A stretch of 32,000 bases of DNA from Desulfobulbus propionicus DSM 2032 (GCF_000186885.1 NC_014972.1:1680001-1712000), one strand, 5' to 3'; positions 15,681-25,049 are shown, numbered from the stretch's first letter. The notes: generated from the letters alone by a model not told the origin. Numbers and translations: made by a program.

Positions 15681-17419
15681 TTTTACAGGCTTTGGCAAGT
15701 TATTATCGCCGTCTATCCGAAGAAGCCGGCGCGGAAGTGGCTCCCGAGGGATTTGAAAAAAAGGAAATACCCTTTGTCATTGTGTTGGATCGCTCCGGGC
15801 ATTTTATCGGTTTAGATGATACGCGCGAGGGAGAAGGGAAGAAAAAGTTGGCACGGGTGTTTACCGTCCCGAAAGGTATCAAGAAAACCAGTGGAATCGC
15901 CGCAAATGTTTTATGGGATACACCAGCCTATATCGTCGGTCGGCCCAAACCGGATCCCAAGAAAGAAACAGTCAAACTTTTAGAACGAGCACAAGAACAA
16001 TTTCAATGTTTCCAAGATACTATTCGGGCGACTTTTTCGGATAACGAGCAGGACGAAGCAATTGCAGCCGTGTTGAATTTCCTCGGGAAAAGAGATTTTG
16101 AGCAGCTTTTTTCCCATACCGCGTGGAAAGAAATTGAGGAAAAGGGGATGAATATATCCTTTCGACTCGACACGGACACCTGTCTGATTTGCCAGCGCCC
16201 TGGTATTGTTGCGCAACTCATAGGTAACACGCAAAGAGTGGAAGGGGGCGATACCCATCGGGTGTGCCTTGTTTCCGGCGAACCGGATGAGCCGACCCGC
16301 CTGCACACGGCTATCAAGGGGGTATGGGGCGCACAAACGTCGGGAGCCAATATTGTTTCTTTCAACCTCGATGCGTTTCGTTCTTATGGAAAAGAACAAG
16401 GATTGAATGCGCCGGTGGGAGGAAGGGCTGAATTTGCATATACTACGGCACTAAATTCCATGTTGGTCAAAGGCTCGAAGCAGCGAATGCAAGTTGGTGA
16501 TGCTTCTACCGTCTTTTGGGCCGAGAAGAAAAACGATCTGGAAGATGTTTTTGCCGACATCTTTGGCGAACCATCGAAAGAAAATCCCGAGCAAGCCACC
16601 AAGGCTATTCGCATTCTCTACGAAGCCCCGAAGGCCGGGGCGCCACCGTTGACTGAAGATTACACGCCATTCTTCGTTTTGGGGCTTGCCCCCAACGCCG
16701 CCCGCATCGCTGTGCGTTTTTGGCATGCGGGCACGGTGGGTGAGACTGCCCGCCATATCTTGCAACATTTTGAAGATTGCAAAATGGTGCATGGCCCCAA
16801 ACAGCCTGGGTTTCTATCCCTTTTCCGCTTACTCGTCTCCACAGCCCTGCAAGGAAAGTCGGAAAATATCCCACCCAATCTTGCTGGCGAGTTCATGAAG
16901 GCAATTCTCGCCGGCACCCCTTACCCAAAAACCCTCTTGGCGGCGGTTCTCCGCCGTTGCCGGGCAGAACGTGAAATAACCTATCCCCGCGCCGCGCTTT
17001 TAAAAGCGGTTCTGGCTCGGGCAGCTCGATTTTATCGTCAATCAGAACAGGAGGTAGGTATGGCCTTGGATACAGGCAACAGCAATATCGGCTATCGGCT
17101 CGGGCGACTGTTCGCCACGCTGGAAAAGATTCAAGAAGAGGCAAGCCCCGGCATCAATGCAACCATCCGCGACCGTTTTTATGGTGCAGCTTCCAGCACT
17201 CCGGTGGCCGCTTTTCCGCATCTGATGAAATTGAAAAATCATCATCTTGCCAAGTTGGATAACCGGGGCCGTGCCGTGAATCTGGAAAAGGTGATCGGCG
17301 AGATCATGGATGGCATTGTCGATTTCCCGACGCATCTCTCTCTTCAGGATCAAGGCCGCTTCGCGGTGGGCTACTACCATCAACGCCAAGCCTTTTTCAT
17401 CAAAAACGAAACCAATTGA
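15677..17419 (+). CDS. cas8c: Cas8c (Csd1), type I-C large subunit
   Basis: Track ORF is 15581-17419. The real start is probably the ATG at 15677, overlapping the cas5 stop (ATGA): MILQALASYYRRLSEEAGAEVAPEGFEKKEIPFVIVLDRSG, a typical Csd1 N-terminus. 580 aa. Confidence 0.92.
   Translation: MILQALASYYRRLSEEAGAEVAPEGFEKKEIPFVIVLDRSGHFIGLDDTREGEGKKKLARVFTVPKGIKKTSGIAANVLWDTPAYIVGRPKPDPKKETVKLLERAQEQFQCFQDTIRATFSDNEQDEAIAAVLNFLGKRDFEQLFSHTAWKEIEEKGMNISFRLDTDTCLICQRPGIVAQLIGNTQRVEGGDTHRVCLVSGEPDEPTRLHTAIKGVWGAQTSGANIVSFNLDAFRSYGKEQGLNAPVGGRAEFAYTTALNSMLVKGSKQRMQVGDASTVFWAEKKNDLEDVFADIFGEPSKENPEQATKAIRILYEAPKAGAPPLTEDYTPFFVLGLAPNAARIAVRFWHAGTVGETARHILQHFEDCKMVHGPKQPGFLSLFRLLVSTALQGKSENIPPNLAGEFMKAILAGTPYPKTLLAAVLRRCRAEREITYPRAALLKAVLARAARFYRQSEQEVGMALDTGNSNIGYRLGRLFATLEKIQEEASPGINATIRDRFYGAASSTPVAAFPHLMKLKNHHLAKLDNRGRAVNLEKVIGEIMDGIVDFPTHLSLQDQGRFAVGYYHQRQAFFIKNETN
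17060..17419 (+). CDS. cas11c: candidate Cas11c small subunit, translated from an internal in-frame start within cas8c
   Basis: In-frame ATG at 17060, with AGGAGG ending 6 nt upstream of the ATG, inside the coding sequence (cagaACAGGAGGtaggtATG). It yields 119 aa (MALDTGNSNIGYRLGRLFATLEKIQEE...). Type I-C systems are known to make Cas11 by internal translation of the cas8c 3' end. Confidence 0.6.
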   Translation: MALDTGNSNIGYRLGRLFATLEKIQEEASPGINATIRDRFYGAASSTPVAAFPHLMKLKNHHLAKLDNRGRAVNLEKVIGEIMDGIVDFPTHLSLQDQGRFAVGYYHQRQAFFIKNETN

Positions 17420-17441
17420 TATTTCCTAGGAGGAGCAACTT

Positions 17442-18302
17442 ATGAGAAATCCAATCCAGAACCGGTATGACTTTGTGCTTTTGTTTGATGTAAAAGACGG
17501 TAACCCCAACGGTGATCCGGACGCTGGCAACCTGCCTCGTATCGACCCGGAAACAGGGCATGGTCTTGTCACCGATGTCTGCCTCAAACGGAAGGTGCGC
17601 AATTATGTGCAATTGGAGAAAGGCGGGGCAGTGGCCTTTGATATATTTGTGAAGGAGAGGGCCATTCTCAATAACCTTATTGATGAAGCCCATGAACAGG
17701 ACATTGTGAAAAGCAAAGAGAAAGGAGATAAAACGGAGGCTGCTCGCCAATTCATGTGCGGTAAATATTACGATGTGCGTACATTCGGCGCTGTGATGTC
17801 CACTGGGAAGAATGCTGGCCAAGTCCGTGGTCCGGTACAATTTACTTTTGCCCGGAGTGTTGATCAGATTGTGCCATTGGAGCACAGCATTACCCGTATG
17901 GCGGTGGCCACCGAGGCCGAAGCTGAAAAGCAGCAGGGCGACAACCGAACCATGGGGCGAAAATTTACCGTCCCATACGCACTTTATTGCTGCCATGGCT
18001 TTATTTCAGCCCCTTTGGCCGCTCAAACCGGATTTAGCGAAGACGATCTCAACCTGTTCTGGCAGGCCGTCATCAACATGTTCGAGCACGACCGTTCCGC
18101 AGCCCGTGGATTGATGAGCAGCCGCAAGCTCTTTGTGTTCAAACATGAGAATAAGATGGGGAATGCCCCGGCGCACAAATTGTTTGACTTGATCGACATC
18201 CAGCGGGCGGAAGGCTCGACCGGTCCGGCCCGTTCGTTCAAGGATTATGTGGTGAAGGTTGGCGCAGCACCTGATGGTGTGACGTTACTGGAAAAACTGT
18301 AA
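17442..18302 (+). CDS. cas7c: Cas7c (Csd2), type I-C Cascade backbone subunit
   Basis: 286 aa. [49 protein letters not shown] is the hallmark Csd2 N-terminus. AGGAGG upstream of the start. Confidence 0.93.
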   Translation: MRNPIQNRYDFVLLFDVKDGNPNGDPDAGNLPRIDPETGHGLVTDVCLKRKVRNYVQLEKGGAVAFDIFVKERAILNNLIDEAHEQDIVKSKEKGDKTEAARQFMCGKYYDVRTFGAVMSTGKNAGQVRGPVQFTFARSVDQIVPLEHSITRMAVATEAEAEKQQGDNRTMGRKFTVPYALYCCHGFISAPLAAQTGFSEDDLNLFWQAVINMFEHDRSAARGLMSSRKLFVFKHENKMGNAPAHKLFDLIDIQRAEGSTGPARSFKDYVVKVGAAPDGVTLLEKL

Positions 18303-18328
18303 TCCATAACTGTGATATTGAAGCTGTA

Positions 18329-19369
18329 ATGGAGGTGTCCTTTCCTATGCAACAGCTTGATTCCGCACCCTCCGCCATCATCCTCTATCAGACCGCAGAC
18401 GGACAAACCTCTTTGGATGTCCGGCTTCAGGAGGAAACCGTCTGGCTCTCGTTGACCCAAATAGCCGAGCTGTTCGACCGTGACAAGTCGGTAATATCCA
18501 GACATCTCAGGAACATCTTTCGGGAAGGAGAGTTGGTCAGAGCGGCAGTTGTTGCAAAAAATGCAACAACTGCCGCGGACGGCAAAACGTACCAGGTGGA
18601 ATTTTTCAACCTGGATGCGATCATCTCTGTCGGCTACCGAGTCAACTCCAAACGCGGCACCCAGTTTCGCATCTGGGCCTCGTCCGTGCTCAAGGAGTAT
18701 CTGGTCAAGGGGTATGCCCTCAACCGGCGACGGTTGGCAGAGCAGGGCGTGGCCGAGTTGCGAGGCGTGCTCGATCTGTTGGCGGCAGCCCTGGAACGCA
18801 ATCAACTCACCGACGAAACCGGATTGGCGGTGGTGGAGCTGGTGCGGCGCTATGGGATGAGCTGGCAATTGCTCCTGCAATACGACGAAGACCGGTTGGC
18901 CCTGCCGGCCGGGCTCAATCGGCGGGAGTCGGTGGGCTTTGATCTGGCCATGGTGCGCCGGGGCATTGCCTGTTTACGGGAAGAACTGGCGATCAGAGGC
19001 GAGGCCACCGATTTGTTCGGTCGGGAGCGCGGCGAAAGCTTGGCCGGTATTCTCGGCGCCATCCATCAGACCTTCGGCGGCCAGGACCTCTACCCGAGCA
19101 TCGAGGAAAAGGCCGCCCATCTCCTCTATTTCGTGATCAAGGATCACCCCTTCAGCGACGGCAACAAGCGCATCGGCTCCTTTCTTTTTCTCCTCTATCT
19201 GCAGGAAAGCGGGCTGATCGAGACAGTCCGCTTCGACAACAAGGCCGTGGTAGCCCTGGCCCTGCTAGTGGCCGCCTCCGACCCGGTCCAGAAGGAGGTG
19301 CTCATCCGGTTGATCGTTAATTTGCTCGGCGAATCAATCCCATCCGACGGAGGAGGGCAGCATGGCTGA
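18329..19369 (+). CDS. RhuM / Fic-DOC family protein inserted in the cas operon
   Basis: 346 aa (alternative start ATG 18347, 11 nt after GGAGG). N-terminal half is RhuM-like (WLSLTQIAELFDRDKSVISRHLRNIF, FFNLDAIISVGYRVNSKRGTQFRIWA). C-terminal half has the Fic/Doc core motif HPFSDGNKRIG, which is Doc-type (GNKR). Its stop overlaps the cas4 start by 8 nt (ATGGCTGA, 19362-19369). Confidence 0.8.
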   Translation: MEVSFPMQQLDSAPSAIILYQTADGQTSLDVRLQEETVWLSLTQIAELFDRDKSVISRHLRNIFREGELVRAAVVAKNATTAADGKTYQVEFFNLDAIISVGYRVNSKRGTQFRIWASSVLKEYLVKGYALNRRRLAEQGVAELRGVLDLLAAALERNQLTDETGLAVVELVRRYGMSWQLLLQYDEDRLALPAGLNRRESVGFDLAMVRRGIACLREELAIRGEATDLFGRERGESLAGILGAIHQTFGGQDLYPSIEEKAAHLLYFVIKDHPFSDGNKRIGSFLFLLYLQESGLIETVRFDNKAVVALALLVAASDPVQKEVLIRLIVNLLGESIPSDGGGQHG

Positions 19370-20039
19370 GATCGCCCCGGAACAATCGATCCTCAAAACA
19401 TACGAACCGCCGCCGTACGACGAGGACGACCTGGTGATGATCTCCGCCTTGCAGCATTACCTGTTCTGTCCGCGCCAGTGTGCTTTGATCCATATCGAAC
19501 AACAATGGCTCGAAAACCGATTGACCGCCGAAGGTCGCCTCCTTCATGAACGGGTGCATGGCGGCGGCCGGGAATCGCGGCGACAACTGCGGGTGGAGTT
19601 CGATGTGCCCATTCGTTCGTTGCGGCTGGGGGTGATCGGCCGGGCGGACATCGTCGAATTTCATCGGCGGGAGGATGGGCTGTGGTGTCCCCTGCCAGTG
19701 GAATACAAGCGCGGACGACCCAAGAAGGACGATACCGACCGGGTGCAGCTCTGCGCTCAGGCCCTCTGTCTGGAAGAGATGCTACGGTGCGCCGTACCCG
19801 AGGGGGCGCTCTACTACGGCGAAAAGAAGCGGCGGTCGGCGGTGCTGTTCGACGCACCCTTGCGGGAGAAGACGGCACAGACGGCGAAGGCGGTCCACGC
19901 CCTGCTTACGGGGGGAAGGACGCCGCCACCCCATTATGCGGCCCGCTGCGAGAACTGTTCATTCATGCCGCTCTGTCTGCCCAAGGTGGCGACCAGGAAG
20001 CGGGTGGGGCATTATCTGCACAAAATGATGGGGGTATGA
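19362..20039 (+). CDS. cas4: Cas4 (RecB-like exonuclease with 4-Cys cluster)
   Basis: 225 aa. N-terminal Cys (YLFCPRQCAL), nuclease core (GRADIVEF, EYKRG) and C-terminal CENCSFMPLC. Confidence 0.92.
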   Translation: MAEIAPEQSILKTYEPPPYDEDDLVMISALQHYLFCPRQCALIHIEQQWLENRLTAEGRLLHERVHGGGRESRRQLRVEFDVPIRSLRLGVIGRADIVEFHRREDGLWCPLPVEYKRGRPKKDDTDRVQLCAQALCLEEMLRCAVPEGALYYGEKKRRSAVLFDAPLREKTAQTAKAVHALLTGGRTPPPHYAARCENCSFMPLCLPKVATRKRVGHYLHKMMGV

Positions 20040-21064
20040 AAAAACATCTCAACACCCTGTTCGTCACCACCCAGGGGGCCTACCTGGCCAAGGATGGCGA
20101 GACCGTGGCGGTCCGCATCGAGGGCGAGGTGGTCCTGCGGGTCCCGCTCCATACCCTGGAATCCATCGTCTGTCTCGGTAATGTCGGTTGCAGCCCTTTT
20201 TTGATGGGATTCTGCGGCGAGCGTGGGGTGGGGATGAGTTTTCTCACTGAAAACGGGCGATTTCTGGCGCGGGTGCAAGGGCCGGTTTCGGGCAACGTGC
20301 TGCTGCGGCGCGAGCAGTACCGCCGCGCCGACGATCCGGATTTTTCCGCTGCCGTGGCCAGTGCTTGCGTGCTCGGCAAGGTGGCCAACTGCCGGACCGT
20401 GCTCCTTCGCGCCTTGCGTGATCATGGCAACAAGGTAGATGCGCCGGTGCTACAGGAGGCTATCGACCGGTTGGCAGCGGCGCTCAGGCGATTGCAGGGC
20501 GGATTGGCGTTGGAGGAGGTGCGCGGGGTGGAAGGTGATGCGGCCCGGGTCTATTTCAGTGCCTTCGATCATCTCATCGTCCGCGACAAAGACAAATTTT
20601 TCATGCGCCAGCGCAGTCGCCGGCCGCCGCTTGACCGTATCAACTGCTTGATTTCCTTCCTCTACACGTTGCTGCTCAACGATGTGCGCTCCGCGCTTGA
20701 ATCGGTGGGCCTTGATCCGGCGGTCGGCTATCTGCACCGCGATCGTCCGGGGCGGGCCGGATTGGCCCTTGATCTGATGGAGGAGTTCCGGCCCATGGCG
20801 GATCGGCTGGCGGTTTCATTGGTCAATCTGGGACAGTTGCGCGAGGAGGATTTTGTGTTCAGCGACGGCGGCGCGGTGCGGATGAGCGATGAGGCCCGCA
20901 AAACCCTGCTGGTAGCGTATCAGAAGCGCAAACAGGAAGAAATGGTGCATCCCTTTCTGGAGGAGAAAATGTCGCTGGGGCTGTTTTTTCATACCCAAGC
21001 CCTGCTCTTTGCCCGCTATCTGCGTGACGAACTCGACGGTTATCCGCCGGTGATGTGGAAATAG
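20036..21064 (+). CDS. cas1: Cas1 integrase
   Basis: Track ORF is 19682-21064. The real start is probably the ATG at 20036, overlapping the cas4 stop (ATGA): MKKHLNTLFVTTQGAYLAKDGETVAVRIEG... 342 aa. Conserved GVEGDAARVYF and GYLHRDRPGRAGLALDLMEEFR. Confidence 0.93.
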   Translation: MKKHLNTLFVTTQGAYLAKDGETVAVRIEGEVVLRVPLHTLESIVCLGNVGCSPFLMGFCGERGVGMSFLTENGRFLARVQGPVSGNVLLRREQYRRADDPDFSAAVASACVLGKVANCRTVLLRALRDHGNKVDAPVLQEAIDRLAAALRRLQGGLALEEVRGVEGDAARVYFSAFDHLIVRDKDKFFMRQRSRRPPLDRINCLISFLYTLLLNDVRSALESVGLDPAVGYLHRDRPGRAGLALDLMEEFRPMADRLAVSLVNLGQLREEDFVFSDGGAVRMSDEARKTLLVAYQKRKQEEMVHPFLEEKMSLGLFFHTQALLFARYLRDELDGYPPVMWK

Positions 21065-21076
21065 GGGAGGGCGGCC

Positions 21077-21367
21077 ATGATGGTGCTGGTGAGTTACGAT
21101 GTGCGCACAAGCGAGCCAGGCGGCGCCAAGCGCTTGCGGCGGGTGGCCAAGGTGTGCCGCAATTTCGGTCAGCGGGTACAATTTTCGGTGTTCGAGTGCA
21201 TGGTGGACCCGGCGCAATGGACCCGATTGCGGCAGGCGTTGATTGACGAGATCGACATGGAGGCCGACAGTCTCCGTTTTTACTTCCTCGGGGCCAACTG
21301 GCGCAACCGGGTGGAGCATGTCGGCGCCAAGGAGAGCGTGGACCAGGAAGGTCCGCTGATTGTGTAA
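21077..21367 (+). CDS. cas2: Cas2
   Basis: 96 aa, MMVLVSYDVRTSEPGGAKRLRRVAKVCRNFGQRVQFSVFEC..., a typical Cas2 ferredoxin fold N-terminus. Confidence 0.93.
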   Translation: MMVLVSYDVRTSEPGGAKRLRRVAKVCRNFGQRVQFSVFECMVDPAQWTRLRQALIDEIDMEADSLRFYFLGANWRNRVEHVGAKESVDQEGPLIV

Positions 21368-21540
21368 ACCGGTCCGCGAACCGTCATCGCCCAGCAGATG
21401 ACGGACGGTTCGCGATGCCTGTGGTTGCGACGGTTGACAAGGATTTGAGCAACAAGAGGAGGTGAATCAAGCCGCTCAGATCGGACGATCGCGGAACATG
21501 CTGGAAAAACTGATTCGTAATGCAATGTTGCGAGTCAGCA
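21368..21540 (+). promoter_or_regulatory. CRISPR leader
   Basis: 173-nt non-coding stretch between the cas2 stop and the first repeat. Contains an imperfect hairpin (CGCGAACCGTCATC 21375-21388 / GATGACGGACGGTTCGCG 21397-21414, no U-tract) and a perfect TTGACA at 21434-21439, but I could not find a matching -10 box. Polarity is supported by repeat decay at the far end of the array. Confidence 0.6.
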
Positions 21541-24500
21541 GTCGCCCCCCACGCGGGGGCGTGGATTGAAACACGTATCGCAGCGCGTCACCGTTGCTCT
21601 TCACCGCGTCGCCCCCCACGCGGGGGCGTGGATTGAAACGCGAGGAACGCGGAGAAGTTGATACCGGATGCAAGTCGCCCCCCACGCGGGGGCGTGGATT
21701 GAAACTCAGCCTCCCCCTCAACGAGGAGTGGGAGACAAGTCGCCCCCCACGCGGGGGCGTGGATTGAAACCGCTGCTGCTGGCGACAAACTCGTTATATG
21801 CCTCGTCGCCCCCCACGCGGGGGCGTGGATTGAAACTTATGCTGGGTGGTCGGTTGTCTGGTAGATATCGTGTCGCCCCCCACGCGGGGGCGTGGATTGA
21901 AACCAGCTAGAGGTCGCTGTCGCGCCAGAGATCGACCGTCGCCCCCCACGCGGGGGCGTGGATTGAAACCTCGCAACATTACGCCGCATCCCGTATCGCC
22001 CGAGTCGCCCCCCACGCGGGGGCGTGGATTGAAACTCAAGCGCCCATGCCGTGCAAGTTTTAGCGTCGCCGTCGCCCCCCACGCGGGGGCGTGGATTGAA
22101 ACTTTTTGCTGCCTTTTTTTGCTGCCTTGTTGCTGCCGTCGCCCCCCACGCGGGGGCGTGGATTGAAACTCGGCGCAGATAAAAAGGAAGTTTTCAAACC
22201 GAGTCGCCCCCCACGCGGGGGCGTGGATTGAAACACCGCTTCCATCGAAGCCTCAAGTCCAACAATTGCGTCGCCCCCCACGCGGGGGCGTGGATTGAAA
22301 CGCTGCTCCTTGCTGGTCTCCGGCCCTTGCGCGAGTCGCCCCCCACGCGGGGGCGTGGATTGAAACTGGTAAATCGTATTATCTGGTCAGGTTGCTGGCC
22401 GTCGCCCCCCACGCGGGGGCGTGGATTGAAACCTGTTAAAGCGGTATACCTGCTCGACTATGACCAAAGTCGCCCCCCACGCGGGGGCGTGGATTGAAAC
22501 AAAGACGACATCATGACTTATGACAGGCACTTCAAGTCGCCCCCCACGCGGGGGCGTGGATTGAAACCTGTTAAAGCGGTATACCTGCTCGACTATGACC
22601 AAGTCGCCCCCCACGCGGGGGCGTGGATTGAAACACAGATAGTAAACCCGAAAATCGAAAGTGTTTTTAGTCGCCCCCCACGCGGGGGCGTGGATTGAAA
22701 CCTGTTAAAGCGGTAATCCTCCAGGGGGATTTCCTGTCGCCCCCCACGCGGGGGCGTGGATTGAAACAGACTGCCGGTAGCAGCGACGCGGCTGCATCGC
22801 TGGGTCGCCCCCCACGCGGGGGCGTGGATTGAAACCGGCAAATCGTATTATCTGGTCAGGTTGCTGGCCGTCGCCCCCCACGCGGGGGCGTGGATTGAAA
22901 CATGGCAAGGGGGGTTGAATGAAACCTAAGCGAAGTCGCCCCCCACGCGGGGGCGTGGATTGAAACGGTGCAGTTGTTACTATATAGACAAGGAAGGGGG
23001 GTCGCCCCCCACGCGGGGGCGTGGATTGAAACGCCGCTCCTGGTGTCGCTCAATGGGATGAAGACGGTCGCCCCCCACGCGGGGGCGTGGATTGAAACGG
23101 TTTTGAAGCGATGAACCCGGCAGAATGACCGGGTCGCCCCCCACGCGGGGGCGTGGATTGAAACTTTTTGAACCGACATCGCTGCGCTCGTCGGCGGGCG
23201 TCGCCCCCCACGCGGGGGCGTGGATTGAAACGAGGAAATCGTCATGATCGGAGCATTGGCAGGCAGTCGCCCCCCACGCGGGGGCGTGGATTGAAACATG
23301 CAGGTTGCGCTCATTGCGCTTGAGCAAATAGGTCGCCCCCCACGCGGGGGCGTGGATTGAAACCGAAACATGCCAATAACGAAACTCCCCCATCAAGTCG
23401 CCCCCCACGCGGGGGCGTGGATTGAAACCTTAGCGTCATCTTGGGTTCAGATTATTGGCGGCGGGTCGCCCCCCACGCGGGGGCGTGGATTGAAACCGGA
23501 GACCGTCACGTCCTGGCCAGAAACGAAACCAGTCGCCCCCCACGCGGGGGCGTGGATTGAAACCTCGGCCGCATCGATCATCGATCCCGCCTCATGTCGT
23601 CGCCCCCCACGCGGGGGCGTGGATTGAAACACCGGCGACGCGCCGACCAGGAGGGTCTGAAATGTCGCCCCCCACGCGGGGGCGTGGATTGAAACCACAT
23701 CACCATGCCGAGTTTTGGCAACACGCCAAGTCGCCCCCCACGCGGGGGCGTGGATTGAAACTCAAACCAGGAGAACACCGGTGCCGGCACCTCTGGTCGC
23801 CCCCCACGCGGGGGCGTGGATTGAAACGCGCCGAGCAGTTTCGGCACAACTGGAACCCGACGTCGCCCCCCACGCGGGGGCGTGGATTGAAACTCTGAAA
23901 TCAACTGTTGCCACACCTGCTGCTGCTGTCGCCCCCCACGCGGGGGCGTGGATTGAAACGCGGCAGCATGGCCGCAGATCGCCGACGCTTATGCGGTCGC
24001 CCCCCACGCGGGGGCGTGGATTGAAACTTGCTGGAGACATTGGCGCGGTTGCAGGGCCAAGTCGCCCCCCACGCGGGGGCGTGGATTGAAACCAAGTCAA
24101 TGGCCATATCAGCCTGAAACGAATCGGTCGCCCCCCACGCGGGGGCGTGGATTGAAACCCGTGCTGACATGGCTGCGCAAGCATGCCCGTGTGGTCGCCC
24201 CCCACGCGGGGGCGTGGATTGAAACGCCGCATCAGGCAATGGATGGCTGGAGAGCGCAAAGTCGCCCCCCACGCGGGGGCGTGGATTGAAACCCCGTAAC
24301 AAAGAAGGTGCTCCCTTTTCTTGCCGGGCGGTCGCCCCCCACGCGGGGGCGTGGATTGAAACGCCGATGAGCGTGCCGTAGCTGTACACCCGCACTGCGT
24401 CGCCCCCCACGCGGGGGCGTGGATTGAAACCTGGTGCATCCAGTCCGGCCTGACCTTAACCAGCTGTCGCCCCCCACGCGGGGGCGTGGATTGAAACGCC

Positions 24501-24698
24501 GCACCATGAAATCGTGTGCGAAGCGCTCATGTCGCCCCCCACGCGGGGGCGTGGATTGAAACACGGCCGAACCGCACGCTCCGGACTGCCATTCAAAGGT
24601 CGCCCCCCACGCGGGGGCGTGGATTGAAACGACGATGTGTCTGACGACGTGATTGCCGCAGCTCCGGTCGCCCCCCACGCGGGGGCGTGGATTGAAAC

Positions 24699-24832
24699 TG
24701 GCCGGCTCGCTGCCAATAACTCCTGGCAGGCGCGTCGCCCCCCACGCGGGGGCGTGGATTGAAACTGGCCGGCTCGCTGCCAATAACTCCTGGCAGGCGC
24801 GTCGCCCCCCACGCGGGGGCGTGGATTGAAAC
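24699..24832 (+). repeat. tandem duplication of one spacer-repeat unit inside the array
   Basis: Spacer TGGCCGGCTCGCTGCCAATAACTCCTGGCAGGCGC occurs at 24699-24733 and again at 24766-24800, in consecutive units. Confidence 0.9.
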
Positions 24833-24845
24833 TGCAGACTGATAA

Positions 24846-25049
<204 letters not shown>

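Noticed and set aside
11575-21319. Minus-strand ORFs antisense to the WYL and cas genes (11575-12372, 14528-15256, 17400-17996, 18245-18880, 19393-19878, 20816-21319). Also the N-terminal extensions of the track ORFs for WYL (11617), cas3 (12716), cas8c (15581) and cas1 (19682).
   Set aside because: These are shadow frames. The extensions lack SD sequences and overlap the preceding genes, whereas internal ATGs with SD or ATGA coupling give canonical Cas N-termini.
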